Source: Candidatus Woesebacteria bacterium RIFCSPLOWO2_01_FULL_39_23 (GTDB lineage Bacteria > Patescibacteriota > Microgenomatia > UBA8517). From it: DNA of 58,744 nt. The notes beneath the pieces were generated by a model. That model ran no database searches, was not told the DNA's origin, and saw nothing but the letters and a program-made list of their open reading frames with translations. Every line of letters starts with the position of its first letter. Position 1 is the stretch's first letter. Both the position numbers and the translations under genes were made by a program. Below are positions 25,978 through 35,967 of the stretch, piece by piece. Location of the stretch: contig MGHG01000011.1 in assembly GCA_001793095.1 (NCBI GenBank), positions 1-58,744 of the forward strand, read 5' to 3'.

Positions 25978-27093
25978 ATGAAACTGAAGATACTTCAGGA
26001 AAACTTATCAGATGCTTTACACATTGCTTCCCGTTTTACAAGTAGTCGTGCACAGTTACCGGTATTAGGCAATATATTATTTCTTGCCAAAAATAATAAA
26101 CTAAGCATTTCAGCAACGAATTTGGAAATGTCGATATTGCTGAACTTAGGATCTCAAGTAGAAAAAGAGGGTGAAATTACAATTCCTGCCAGGACTATTA
26201 CTGATTTGGTAACAAACTTAACGCCCGGAACTCTCGTTTTAGAAGCCGAAAAAGAACAATTGTCAATTCTGGGGGAGGGAACTAAAGCAGTTCTTTCGGG
26301 CATGAACACCTCAGATTTCCCGTCGATTCCTCAGAATGTCGGCCGGGCTTTTGCAACTTTACCTAAATCTGATATTTTGGATGCTCTTTCAAAAGTGCTT
26401 TATGCAGTGTCTGTCGATGAAACAAGACCTGTTTTAACGGGTGTACTGATAATTTTCAGAAATAAAGAAATTATTTTCGTTTCAACTGATGGCTTTAGAC
26501 TATCTCAGAAAAGAGTAAAAGTTGAGGAGGCTTGGGGGAAAGAAGAAAAAGTAATTTTGCCTAAGAATGTATTAATTGAGCTGACCCGGCTTGTGAAGGA
26601 CGAAAAAATAAAACTAGAATTTAAAAAAGAAGACAAACAGGTTCTATTTGGGTTTGACAATCTCCTTCTAATGTCGAGGATTATAGACGGAGAGTTTCCT
26701 GATTTTGAGAGAATTATACCTAAAAGCTCAAGTTATAAAATAAATGTTGACCGGGATGATCTGTTAAGGGCAGTAAAATTGTCCTCAGTGTTTGCAAGGG
26801 ACGCCGGTAACGTTGTCAGACTAAAAGTGACGCAAGAAGGAATAGAACTAAACGCCGAAAGCCAGTTGGGGGGTAGCGGGGAAAATAAGATCGAGGCAAA
26901 AATTGAAGGAGAAGGTAAGAGCGAACACATGGTAATTGCTTTTAATTATCGCTTTTTGGAAGACTTTTTAAATTCACTTGATTCAGAGGATGTTTTAATA
27001 AGTTTGACCGATCCGAACTCACCTGGTGTATTTACTGATCCGAAAGATCCTAATTTTCTTCATCTCATCATGCCGGTAAGAATCCAGAGTTAA
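25978..27093 (+). CDS. dnaN: DNA polymerase III beta clamp
   Basis: LPVLGNI, ATNLEM, RPVLTGV, TDGFRL, G.FPDF.RIIP, IAFN..FL.D, IMPVR. Confidence 0.97.
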   Translation: MKLKILQENLSDALHIASRFTSSRAQLPVLGNILFLAKNNKLSISATNLEMSILLNLGSQVEKEGEITIPARTITDLVTNLTPGTLVLEAEKEQLSILGEGTKAVLSGMNTSDFPSIPQNVGRAFATLPKSDILDALSKVLYAVSVDETRPVLTGVLIIFRNKEIIFVSTDGFRLSQKRVKVEEAWGKEEKVILPKNVLIELTRLVKDEKIKLEFKKEDKQVLFGFDNLLLMSRIIDGEFPDFERIIPKSSSYKINVDRDDLLRAVKLSSVFARDAGNVVRLKVTQEGIELNAESQLGGSGENKIEAKIEGEGKSEHMVIAFNYRFLEDFLNSLDSEDVLISLTDPNSPGVFTDPKDPNFLHLIMPVRIQS

Positions 27094-28118
27094 GGGTTTT
27101 TAATAGCATTTGAGTATAACGTTGCTCGATATTCCTTATTATCAGCAGTGGTCAGTTTTCCTTCAAGGATAAAAACCGGATATAAATTTTCAATGCGCCC
27201 GGACTCTAGAAGATAGGCAATTTTTATTTTATTTATTATAATATTTTTTATTGACGATAAAGGTAGTTGTTCCAACGTATAAAATCCTTCGACGCTTACT
27301 AAGCTGATATCCTGCAGATTCTTTTCTATGTCATTAATTTCTTTTACTGGGTATTTTATAGATTGGTTATAATTTGAAAATTTATCGATATTCAAGGATC
27401 GGATGTCCCCATTTACAAGAAGCGTCACATTATATGGGGAAGTGCTTTGAAAGAAAGCAACAACTTCCAACTCTGCTATTGATGGAACGAAATTGACCTG
27501 GTAATAATCAGCGTCTTCTTTTGTAGTAGAAATTAATGCAGCCTCGTTAGTCTTTGTTTTTTTGAGAAATGTAATTGAAGATACCTTATATGCATCGTCA
27601 TTATAAAAAATAATATTATCCTTCATAAAACTCCTCGCCTTATTAATAATTACATCATCTTCTAGTTTTACTTTATTCACAAAGACTACATCAGGTCGTC
27701 CATAATTTACATTCCCAACCTTTAGGCTGATATATAAATAAACATCATCGCTTTTCCAGTAATATCTTTGACCATATATGGAACTATTAATATTTTTAGG
27801 TAGTTCTTTAAACCCTAAATTACTCGCAATTTTTACGGCCTCATCTGGTGAAATCTGAGATTTTGTTAGGGATATAATTGACGCCTCTTTTGGAAGACTA
27901 AGGTTTTTTTTGTCGATATCAAATTTTAACGGTAAAGCCATAGAATAATTCTGTGGTATTTTGGGTCCGGGTGCTTTCTTTTCTGTTGATATAGTTGGTT
28001 GATTAATAGGATTTTTCGCCGCAATTATTATTAATATAATAACTAATACCAGCAACAGAGGTAATAATATTTTAAGTTGTTTTTTTATTTTTTCGATTCT
28101 GTTTATTTTATTTACCAT
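27090..28118 (-). CDS. Membrane-anchored extracellular hypothetical protein (last gene of the T4SS-like cluster)
   Basis: N-terminal TM helix and Asn/Lys/Ile-rich ectodomain; no motif firmly recognised. Confidence 0.7.
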   Translation of the reverse strand: MVNKINRIEKIKKQLKILLPLLLVLVIILIIIAAKNPINQPTISTEKKAPGPKIPQNYSMALPLKFDIDKKNLSLPKEASIISLTKSQISPDEAVKIASNLGFKELPKNINSSIYGQRYYWKSDDVYLYISLKVGNVNYGRPDVVFVNKVKLEDDVIINKARSFMKDNIIFYNDDAYKVSSITFLKKTKTNEAALISTTKEDADYYQVNFVPSIAELEVVAFFQSTSPYNVTLLVNGDIRSLNIDKFSNYNQSIKYPVKEINDIEKNLQDISLVSVEGFYTLEQLPLSSIKNIIINKIKIAYLLESGRIENLYPVFILEGKLTTADNKEYRATLYSNAIKNP

Positions 28119-28123
28119 TTATA

Positions 28124-30097
28124 TTAAGGTATATAGGCACAATTATCATAGCAGTTTCTGGGTACTTGCTTAGGTATAAAATTATAAACAACCCCATCCC
28201 ATAAATAATTAAATACCATAAAAGGAGGGTCATCTGTCGGATATATTTTAGCACCACCCGGACCAGAAAAGTTTCTAAATTCGTAATGAAGGTGGGCTCC
28301 CGTTGTATAACCCGTACCACAAACAGGAGGAGGGTTAAGAGGATCACCCCCACTTAAACCAACTTGGTCTCCGGGAATTAGTGCCTCCCCTTCATTTACA
28401 AATATATCGTTAAGATGCGCATATCTGCTATAAAAAGTCTTCCCGTTGCAAGTTGATTCAATATCTACATGGCAACCATATACACTGCCTGCAGCAGTAA
28501 ATACATGCGCAATTCCAGCATGTCTAGCAGTTACTGTGTGACCAATTGAAGCGCCAATATCAATAGACTCGGATATATAAGCAGAGTGCAAGCCTGGCCC
28601 TTGGGTTATTTCTAACGAAACCTCTCCGTTTTCTGGTAAAACAGGCCAACCTTCGGGACAACTATCAGGTGGATTACCTATACGAATGCTAGCAGAAGCC
28701 CAGACGGTTTCAATCGTACCATTCACGGTGGCAGTAATTGAGAAATTATCGGTAATTCTAGAATCATTATAATTATTTGCAGAAACAGTCGTTTTATATG
28801 TGATAATATACGCGTAGTGTGCCGGAATTGGGGCGGCGGGCGGAGGCGGTGGCATGGTATTTCCTGGTATTGGTTCACCATTCATAACAATATCGTGCGG
28901 CAGGGGACAACTTTTCGGAGTAAATGAGATGACGCTACAATTATAACCGAAACTAACATTTGTTAAATCTTCTTGCAGTGGCGTAATTGCTATTGTGTAT
29001 GTAATGTCTTGGTCCTGGTTGTTCCAACTATTGTCTAAAGGGCCGGCAGGACTTGCTGTTTTTGAAAATTGTATAAATTGCGAAGTTCCGCCAGATTGTA
29101 TTGGCGGGCCAAAACCACCCGGAGGAACGAGGTATGCGCCGGAATTTATAATAAAAAGGATTATTACAACTACAAATGCAAAAATTGCTAAATAAACAAG
29201 TATTGAAATGAACCAGGCTATCAGCATTCCTATGAATGCACCAACTCCTGCAATAATTCCCCCTGCAATTAAAGCACCCTGGGCCAATGCTGGTGCGACA
29301 GAGCCTATAACACTCTGTGCTGCACGCGCACCGAACCTTTTTGCATTACTAGATAAGGCTTTTACTCCTTGTTGCAACATTTTTTGTCCAGTGTTGCCGA
29401 TAGACCTCATTCCACCCGTCAAACCTTCTCGAGGGACATAGGACTCTGGGCTAACTTCTTCTTCATCCGGCGGCGGTCTGTTTACTGTTCTACTTAGATT
29501 TGAGGCATATCTCACTGGAGTCTCATAAGTTGATGATTCTTCGGTTTCTTCGTGTGCTTCTAGGTATTTTTGTTCTGATTGTTCATACAAATCTTTTAGA
29601 TATTTTGCATATTCATTCTGCTCTTCTAGGCTAATGTTTGTTGCTTCGTATGTTTCAGGTGCGATTCTAAGATCGTTATCGTCTCCTCTTGTTAAGCTAA
29701 GATCTTTATCCGACCTAACTGGAGCTTTTCCTGCTTCTTCAATAACCAGTATTTCATTTGGATTTTGGTTTAGTCTCCTTAGGGCGTTGGTTAGCCTGGG
29801 GTTTGCTTCCTCAAAAGCACGCATAATTTCTCCGACCTTTAATAAACGTTCTTTATCTCTTTTGCTCAATAATCCGCTTGACTTTTCGACTGCATAAATC
29901 CAGTTTTCTCGTTTTATGCCATTTCTAATTAATCTATTTGCCATAGCCCACTCAGGATCAAGAGCTTGGGTGGCTGTATTTGAAGCCTCTACATACCTGC
30001 GCGTTTCTGTGTCCGGAATTATAGTAGGATCAACTCTTACTGCGGTTGAGGAACCCCTTACGATAAGGTCTTTAGATTCTTTTTTTGGGGTTGCCAT
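28124..30097 (-). CDS. M23 peptidase with long cytoplasmic N-terminus and TM segment (T4SS cluster hydrolase)
   Basis: Coiled-coil N-terminus, long hydrophobic stretch, beta-rich domain, then H...IDI, RYAHL, TGAHLHYEF. Confidence 0.85.
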   Translation of the reverse strand: MATPKKESKDLIVRGSSTAVRVDPTIIPDTETRRYVEASNTATQALDPEWAMANRLIRNGIKRENWIYAVEKSSGLLSKRDKERLLKVGEIMRAFEEANPRLTNALRRLNQNPNEILVIEEAGKAPVRSDKDLSLTRGDDNDLRIAPETYEATNISLEEQNEYAKYLKDLYEQSEQKYLEAHEETEESSTYETPVRYASNLSRTVNRPPPDEEEVSPESYVPREGLTGGMRSIGNTGQKMLQQGVKALSSNAKRFGARAAQSVIGSVAPALAQGALIAGGIIAGVGAFIGMLIAWFISILVYLAIFAFVVVIILFIINSGAYLVPPGGFGPPIQSGGTSQFIQFSKTASPAGPLDNSWNNQDQDITYTIAITPLQEDLTNVSFGYNCSVISFTPKSCPLPHDIVMNGEPIPGNTMPPPPPAAPIPAHYAYIITYKTTVSANNYNDSRITDNFSITATVNGTIETVWASASIRIGNPPDSCPEGWPVLPENGEVSLEITQGPGLHSAYISESIDIGASIGHTVTARHAGIAHVFTAAGSVYGCHVDIESTCNGKTFYSRYAHLNDIFVNEGEALIPGDQVGLSGGDPLNPPPVCGTGYTTGAHLHYEFRNFSGPGGAKIYPTDDPPFMVFNYLWDGVVYNFIPKQVPRNCYDNCAYIP

Positions 30098-30099
30098 AG

Positions 30100-33000
30100 T
30101 TATTTGTCGTCTTTCTTGAAAACGTCCACTTCAGGAGTTTTGTCCGTTTGCGGGCCTAAGACCGGTGGAGTATCGTCTTTAACACCCTCTTCCGCTGGGA
30201 TTTCGTTTTCTTGTGCGATCCTCCACGCTGGTATACTTTCTTTGCCGAGTGAGTCTTTCGACTTTGTTTCTTCAACCACGGTTTCTGCCGGCGGTATGTC
30301 TTTCTGTCTTGCCAAAAGTTCCTGGGGGCGCGTTGTTATAAGTTTATGTTCTTCAGGGGAGGCTACGATATAAATTGGTACATGGTGATTGCCGGCGAAA
30401 AATATACCCTCTCCGATGTTTGCCCCGAGAAGCAATTGTTTTTCTCCTTGTGATAGATAAAAGACGTCTCCAACCTTGTCGATTGCGGCGGGGGATTGTT
30501 TTAAAAGTACTCTTAATGCGGAGTTTGTAACGATAGCTTTACCGATATCTATTGACAGGAAGTCTTCAACGTCCTGGGTTATCGTAGTGAGTCCTAGATA
30601 GTACTTTCGGGCGCGTTTGACAATAGACCACATAAACTGAGCCGAATCAGCATACCGCATCATATGCCACGCCTCATCCACCACCAAAAGCCTGCGTTTT
30701 AAATCCCTTTTTACCTTTGTCCAGATAAAGTCAAGGATAATAAACATGGCAATGGGCCGGAGAGCGTCCTGGACCTCTTTAACGGAGAAAACAGTGAAGG
30801 GATTATTAATCTCGACATTTGTTTGCTGGTCAAATATGCCGACGAATGAACCTTTGACGAACTTTTCAATTCTGGCTGCTAAATCCATTGCTTCATCTGT
30901 TTCCATGCCCACCAAAGTTTTATAGAGGTCTTCCATTAGGGGTGGTTCTTTTGTTTGGCTGGCAGAGTCTTGGGTAATGCCTTTTCCACGATAAGTCTCA
31001 ATCAAAGCGTGGTCCAATAAGGCTTCTTGGGTTGCCGAAAGCGTTCCCATAATAACTTTAAAAAGCGAATGCAGGGAAAGGATTTTTAATCCGAGCTGAT
31101 TTTCTCCTTCCTCATATACTTGCGACAGGTCAAAGGGGTTAATTTTTGAAGGTGAGCTGTACGCGAAAGTAATGTATTGACCGCCGACGGCTTCGCTTAG
31201 GTCTTTGTATTCTGCCTCCGGGTCAATAATTATGATTTCGGTACCCAGCATCAAAGAACGTAAAGATTCGAGCTTGACGAAGTAAGAGTTGTGAACGAAT
31301 AGTCCTCCGTGACCGGCAAGAAAGACCTCGTTTTCAACCTGGAGATCATAAACGTATTTGTCTTTTGATTCAAACTTTTTTATTTTGACTACCGGATCCC
31401 AGAATAAATCAGATGTTGCAAGGGTTTTAAGAAAATTTATTTTTTCTTTAATTCTTTGCAACCCCGCCTTTTTCTCTTGGTACTTTTGGCTGATATAATC
31501 TCTTGCGTTTATGACGCTTTCGTAAAGCGGATTTTGATTGGCATTAATTAACGCGGTCCAGAGCGAATAGTTAAAGCAGGAAAGAGACTCTCCTGTTTTT
31601 TGAAATGTTCTATGGATTGCTCCAGTAACATCAGAGGCGGAATAATCATAACCGTGGGTAACAGCCGCCGCTCTCAGCGCGGTGTTAAGTTTTGGAGGAC
31701 AACCGTTTTTAATGGTCCACCAGGATTTACCTAAATTTTTCCACAGGAGAGTATTTAGGGTTTTATCCTCTCCCTCCTTGAGTATTTCTTGAACTGGTGG
31801 TAGGTTGCGCAGGGTGAGTAAACCATCCCTTTCTAAATCCTCGATTTCTTTAATTCTCTCTTCAACATGTTCAATTATGCTTAGTAGATTTTTAGATGAG
31901 GGCTTGAATATTCCCAGTTTTATTTCAGAGAATTTCTTGGGCGCCGGAATCTCGCTACTGGAGTAAAGAACGTCATATATTTCTTTAAAAATCGGCTGTA
32001 GCTCTGGTATAACATCAACGTTTGTGTTGCCTTTTTTAAGTAGTCTTTTAGTTTTTAGGTTTTTCTCTTTTGAAATAAAGCTTATGTTGTTAATGAATTC
32101 CCTGATGTTATCTTGACCTGAAATTCTAAGTCTATAGTATGTATGTTTTGTTTTATTTTTAGTGTTGGTGGCTGCTTTTTTGGCTGTTCTAGTTCGTGTA
32201 ATTATCCCAAACCTTAAAAGCAAATAAGAGAGGTCAGAGGCCAATCCTTTGGATTTTGTCGTCGCAGAAATCTCGTGTTTTTCAACTCCACCGTCTCCCT
32301 CAAAATATGCCTTAAGAAACTCTGCAGCATGTTTCTTAGACGCTGAAAACACTATTTCCGGAATTCTTTTTTCGTTGGCCTTTCCTGACGCTCCGATTAC
32401 TTTGAGGAACTTGGAAAATAAGTGGTTGCTTGTATAAATTCCTATCAATTTTCCACTCTTTTTAACCAATGAATAATTAATTTTCATTGTACTGTAAAAT
32501 TCATGCGCATCTTCCAAAACCTCGTGCGTACAGGAACTAATAAGAGCTCTCTTGGGGATTACCATTCCTTCGGATGCAAAGTAACCGAGCAGCCTGAAAA
32601 ATCCAGAGTTAAGATTTATCTTCCTTGGAATACTTTTAGTAGTTCCATGGTGTGGGTGTTTGATCCTATTATTACTTACATATAGAAAGTCGGCGCCTAC
32701 TTTTTGTAGCGTGTCTTCAACACTAATATATTTTTGCGATCTGGAATCATATAACACACGCTTGGCCAGTGGCAGGTAAGACCCGGTTTTAATAGCATCT
32801 CCTCTGACTACTTTAATTAATCCTCTCTCTAAAGCTACAAAATTGTGATCTTTTGTTGTCGTGATTGCTCTCCCGCTTTTGGTTGTAATTTTGTACAAAG
32901 TTTTTGGTGATTTTTTTCTGGCTGCGACGGTAACCACTGACCATTTTGCTTTGAGAGAATCGTTAAAGCTAAGTACTTTTATGTTTGGCTTAACTACTCC

Positions 33001-34149
33001 TTCAGATTCTTCATCAAATTTAATTACCTCTTTCTCTTTAAATACGTTTTCGACAATATTACCAATCGAATCCAGCTTAGTTTCCCCCAAGGAATTTTGA
33101 TATAAAACAGGCTCGTTCTTTTCGACCGTCTTACCGGCGCCAGAGGTCGCAAAAATCGCCATGTTACTGTTTTCCATTGAGTAGCGGTCAAAGATGATGA
33201 ACGAGTCGTTTAAGGGATTAATCCCGTATAAAACCCCCGAGTCTGAGGAAAGCTCCGCCGAAGTTAATGGAAACGTAGTTGAAAGAGACGTCGTATCCAT
33301 GTTTCTTGTAATATTTAATCTGTCGGTTGCAAATGGCAGGGTTGAGGAAAAGCCGTTTTCCATGTCGAGCACTGCGGTTTGTGCTGCCACGAGAACCGAC
33401 CCTAAAGTTGACTGTACTTGCTTTGTAACATCATTAAGATCATCCAGTGATCTCGCCGGAATGGTTATATAAAAAGCAAATTCATAAAAATGCTCGGCAC
33501 CCTTTACGAGCTCTTCCTGTAGAATTCTTGCATCGTCTAGTTTTGCCTGTGTTGAAGCATTAACAATTCTTCCGCGTTCCAGGTCGGTAGCAATTTCCGC
33601 TTCCATCTCCGCGATCTTATGTCTTAGGTCTTCGAGTACGCCTTTCGCCTCAATAGGATAAACATAGAAGGAAATATCAAGGGAGCTGTCAAAGTTAATG
33701 ATTTGTTCCAACCATCCCGGCGAAACAAATCTGGGGTAACCGGAAATAAACAGCGTTCTGAAAAAGATGTCGTTTATTTTTATAAAATCAAAATCGATCT
33801 CAATTGTTCTCGGAGCAAGCACATCCAGTAAAGTCATGCCCTGCTCGGCGATTGCTTTATTGGGGTCCATTATTTCCGGCTTAGTTTCGTTGGCAATCTC
33901 GGGAGAAATGGGAACGTCCGGTTTTACTGGTAATGGTTGGCTCTGATCCTTTTTACTGAGGCTGAACTTTGAAAATATACCGCTCTTTTTTTCAGTTATT
34001 GTTGTGGGATCCACGAAGTTGGGTATTGGAGGGACGGCCGTTTGTTGAATTTTGGCTTCCGTCTCCACGGGTTCAGTGTTGTCGAGCACTTCTTTCTGCG
34101 CTTTATCGACGCTTCCCTTTTTCTTTTTTAGAAAATCTAAAACTGCCAT
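30100..34149 (-). CDS. VirB4/TraE-like T4SS ATPase containing an intein
   Basis: Exteins join to give Walker A ATSGAGK|SYFVK; IIDPE.EY; Walker B LLVVDEAW; RKY...L..ITQ; GEG. Predicted spliced product about 735 aa. Confidence 0.92.
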   Translation of the reverse strand: MAVLDFLKKKKGSVDKAQKEVLDNTEPVETEAKIQQTAVPPIPNFVDPTTITEKKSGIFSKFSLSKKDQSQPLPVKPDVPISPEIANETKPEIMDPNKAIAEQGMTLLDVLAPRTIEIDFDFIKINDIFFRTLFISGYPRFVSPGWLEQIINFDSSLDISFYVYPIEAKGVLEDLRHKIAEMEAEIATDLERGRIVNASTQAKLDDARILQEELVKGAEHFYEFAFYITIPARSLDDLNDVTKQVQSTLGSVLVAAQTAVLDMENGFSSTLPFATDRLNITRNMDTTSLSTTFPLTSAELSSDSGVLYGINPLNDSFIIFDRYSMENSNMAIFATSGAGKTVEKNEPVLYQNSLGETKLDSIGNIVENVFKEKEVIKFDEESEGVVKPNIKVLSFNDSLKAKWSVVTVAARKKSPKTLYKITTKSGRAITTTKDHNFVALERGLIKVVRGDAIKTGSYLPLAKRVLYDSRSQKYISVEDTLQKVGADFLYVSNNRIKHPHHGTTKSIPRKINLNSGFFRLLGYFASEGMVIPKRALISSCTHEVLEDAHEFYSTMKINYSLVKKSGKLIGIYTSNHLFSKFLKVIGASGKANEKRIPEIVFSASKKHAAEFLKAYFEGDGGVEKHEISATTKSKGLASDLSYLLLRFGIITRTRTAKKAATNTKNKTKHTYYRLRISGQDNIREFINNISFISKEKNLKTKRLLKKGNTNVDVIPELQPIFKEIYDVLYSSSEIPAPKKFSEIKLGIFKPSSKNLLSIIEHVEERIKEIEDLERDGLLTLRNLPPVQEILKEGEDKTLNTLLWKNLGKSWWTIKNGCPPKLNTALRAAAVTHGYDYSASDVTGAIHRTFQKTGESLSCFNYSLWTALINANQNPLYESVINARDYISQKYQEKKAGLQRIKEKINFLKTLATSDLFWDPVVKIKKFESKDKYVYDLQVENEVFLAGHGGLFVHNSYFVKLESLRSLMLGTEIIIIDPEAEYKDLSEAVGGQYITFAYSSPSKINPFDLSQVYEEGENQLGLKILSLHSLFKVIMGTLSATQEALLDHALIETYRGKGITQDSASQTKEPPLMEDLYKTLVGMETDEAMDLAARIEKFVKGSFVGIFDQQTNVEINNPFTVFSVKEVQDALRPIAMFIILDFIWTKVKRDLKRRLLVVDEAWHMMRYADSAQFMWSIVKRARKYYLGLTTITQDVEDFLSIDIGKAIVTNSALRVLLKQSPAAIDKVGDVFYLSQGEKQLLLGANIGEGIFFAGNHHVPIYIVASPEEHKLITTRPQELLARQKDIPPAETVVEETKSKDSLGKESIPAWRIAQENEIPAEEGVKDDTPPVLGPQTDKTPEVDVFKKDDK
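31288..33129 (-). mobile_element. 614-aa intein with LAGLIDADG (DOD) homing endonuclease
   Basis: Starts TVEKNEPV after Walker A Lys. Block B TTKDHNF; endonuclease motifs LLGYFASEG, FLKAYFEGDG, LLLRFGI; blocks F/G VYDLQV...LFVHN; +1 residue Ser. Confidence 0.9.
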
Positions 34150-34151
34150 AT

Positions 34152-34811
34152 TTAAAACCTCGTCTCTCGCTTTCTGCCGGGTACTTGCGGATTATATATA
34201 TGATAAAAAAGCTCGATTAGTTCTGGGGTGGTTAATTGCCGGAGGTCAACTCCCAACCTTCTTGCCTGCCGTATTAAATGGTCACGCTTGGGGTATAGCG
34301 CAACCCGGGCTTTTTTCAAAACATAACTTTTTGGGAAAGGTATAAAACTTGCTTTTTTAGAAAAAGATATGGCGCTTTTCGCGATCCCGAGTTCGTACTT
34401 TGAAAAAGGGACAACAAGATAGAAATTTTTCGACAGGACGTTTTTCTTTTTAACTGACTCGGTAATAAATTTTTGATAATCATTTAAAAGTACCATGAGC
34501 TTGGGGTTCTTTATTTTCTTCTTCGCCTCTTCCAGGAATCTTAAATAATTAGTGATGTCTTTTCTTTGTGACCTGACAACGATTTGGACGGGAAAATTGA
34601 AGGAATTTAAAAGTCCTGCGTAGGAAGCAATGACAGCGTCCTGTTCCAGCTCATTTAGGAGTCCGAAATTAAGAGACGTTGATTCGATGATCAATGCCGC
34701 ACCGCCGTCCTTGAAAAGAACAATATCGTGAATAATTTCGGCAATAGGTATCTTGTCTTGAGTGCTTGAGTAAAGCGGTTTGTCTGGTGTTGATAAAAAT
34801 GGTATTTTCAT
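34152..34811 (-). CDS. T4SS-associated protein resembling the VirB4/TraE N-terminal region
   Basis: DKIPIAEI..DIVLF.DG, NFGLL...EQDAVI..YA.LLNS..FP.QI..RS. Lies between prgI and virB4. Confidence 0.7.
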   Translation of the reverse strand: MKIPFLSTPDKPLYSSTQDKIPIAEIIHDIVLFKDGGAALIIESTSLNFGLLNELEQDAVIASYAGLLNSFNFPVQIVVRSQRKDITNYLRFLEEAKKKIKNPKLMVLLNDYQKFITESVKKKNVLSKNFYLVVPFSKYELGIAKSAISFSKKASFIPFPKSYVLKKARVALYPKRDHLIRQARRLGVDLRQLTTPELIELFYHIYNPQVPGRKRETRF

Positions 34812-34852
34812 GAATTTAACTTAGAACTAATAACTAATGACTAATGACAAAC

Positions 34853-35899
34853 TTATGTTTTGAATTGGTTAATTTCTGTACTTCCTGATTTTGCCCATAT
34901 CGCAACGGGAGGAATTATTTTGTCTTGTGCATCAAAATAAACCTGGTCAAATTCAAAACCGTCCTTTTCGGTAATTATTTCATACCGACCATCGAGAAGG
35001 GGTGTGGCAATCGAAAAATGACCCAACCTGTTTGTTTTAAGAGCCCTGACAGGCCTGCCTTCTGAATCTCTTATTTCCAGGATTGCACCCTCTATTATTT
35101 TCCCGTCAGGTGCTAAAACTTGGCCGACGATAATATTGGCGCGGGTTGGCGGGATGGGAGGCATTTCGTCTTGCGAGAACTGAGCCATTTTGGTTGCAGT
35201 AAAAGAAGTTGTCGCCATCGGCGTAAAGGAGGGGGGCGTTGTTTCCATCTTTGGCTCTTCCTGTGTTTTTTGCCACCGGCTCTGGAGAGCCTCAGGCTCG
35301 GAGAGCCCTTTGTGTATCACTGTGGTTGATTTTGTTTGTGGTACGTTAATTGCAGCTCCACCCCGTACCGGCTGGCCGGGTCGATATGTATGCAGTGGTG
35401 TTGCTGTTATGACGACAGTTGTTCCCGGGGCAATAAAATTCTGCGTCATTTTTGACAAAAAGCTTTTTTCTTTTTCTTCGAGTTTCTCGACGCTTGGCGT
35501 TGTCTTAATGACAGGCTCTAGTAGTTCGGCTCTTTCTTCCTTTTTTTCAGCTATGACAACCGCCGGCGCTCCTGCAGCCCCTTCTTCCAGAGCAAAAAAA
35601 TCTTTGATTCCGCCCTTTCTCCAAACAAAGTACGTAGGCGAGTAGATGGACCGGAAAAATATAACAATCCAGGTTGAAAGCGCCCTGTCCTCGATCGGCA
35701 GAAATGCGAGCGCAACACCGAACATAAAAGAAAGAATTATTAATGGCCATTTAATTAAAGAGTGCAAGGGTGACGCATAAAAAAGAAGTGAAATTAGAGC
35801 TCCGCCGGCAAGTTGCGAGAACTGCTTAAGAGTCATATCTCCCACCAGCTTAAAGCTGTATGAACTTATTTGCTGCGGAATTGGGTGTTGTTCAGGCAT
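34853..35899 (-). CDS. PrgI family protein with long linker and C-terminal carboxypeptidase-regulatory-like beta domain
   Basis: HPIPQQI..Y.FKLVG.MTLKQF, two TM helices, PIEDR.L..W; C-terminal G.V...G.....A...I.D..G......TN..G.F. ATG 35899 preferred. Confidence 0.82.
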   Translation of the reverse strand: MPEQHPIPQQISSYSFKLVGDMTLKQFSQLAGGALISLLFYASPLHSLIKWPLIILSFMFGVALAFLPIEDRALSTWIVIFFRSIYSPTYFVWRKGGIKDFFALEEGAAGAPAVVIAEKKEERAELLEPVIKTTPSVEKLEEKEKSFLSKMTQNFIAPGTTVVITATPLHTYRPGQPVRGGAAINVPQTKSTTVIHKGLSEPEALQSRWQKTQEEPKMETTPPSFTPMATTSFTATKMAQFSQDEMPPIPPTRANIIVGQVLAPDGKIIEGAILEIRDSEGRPVRALKTNRLGHFSIATPLLDGRYEIITEKDGFEFDQVYFDAQDKIIPPVAIWAKSGSTEINQFKT

Positions 35900-35907
35900 T
35901 GTATTTA

Positions 35908-35941
35908 GAGCATAAGAGTAAAAGAGTGGAAAAGTATAAGG
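35908..35941. repeat. 8-nt tandem repeat array at the 3' flank of the four-helix gene
   Basis: gcataaga gtaaaaga gtggaaaa gtataagg; inverted relative to 36345-36382. Confidence 0.6.
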
Positions 35942-35967
35942 AAATCCACTCCTACACAAATTACCTT

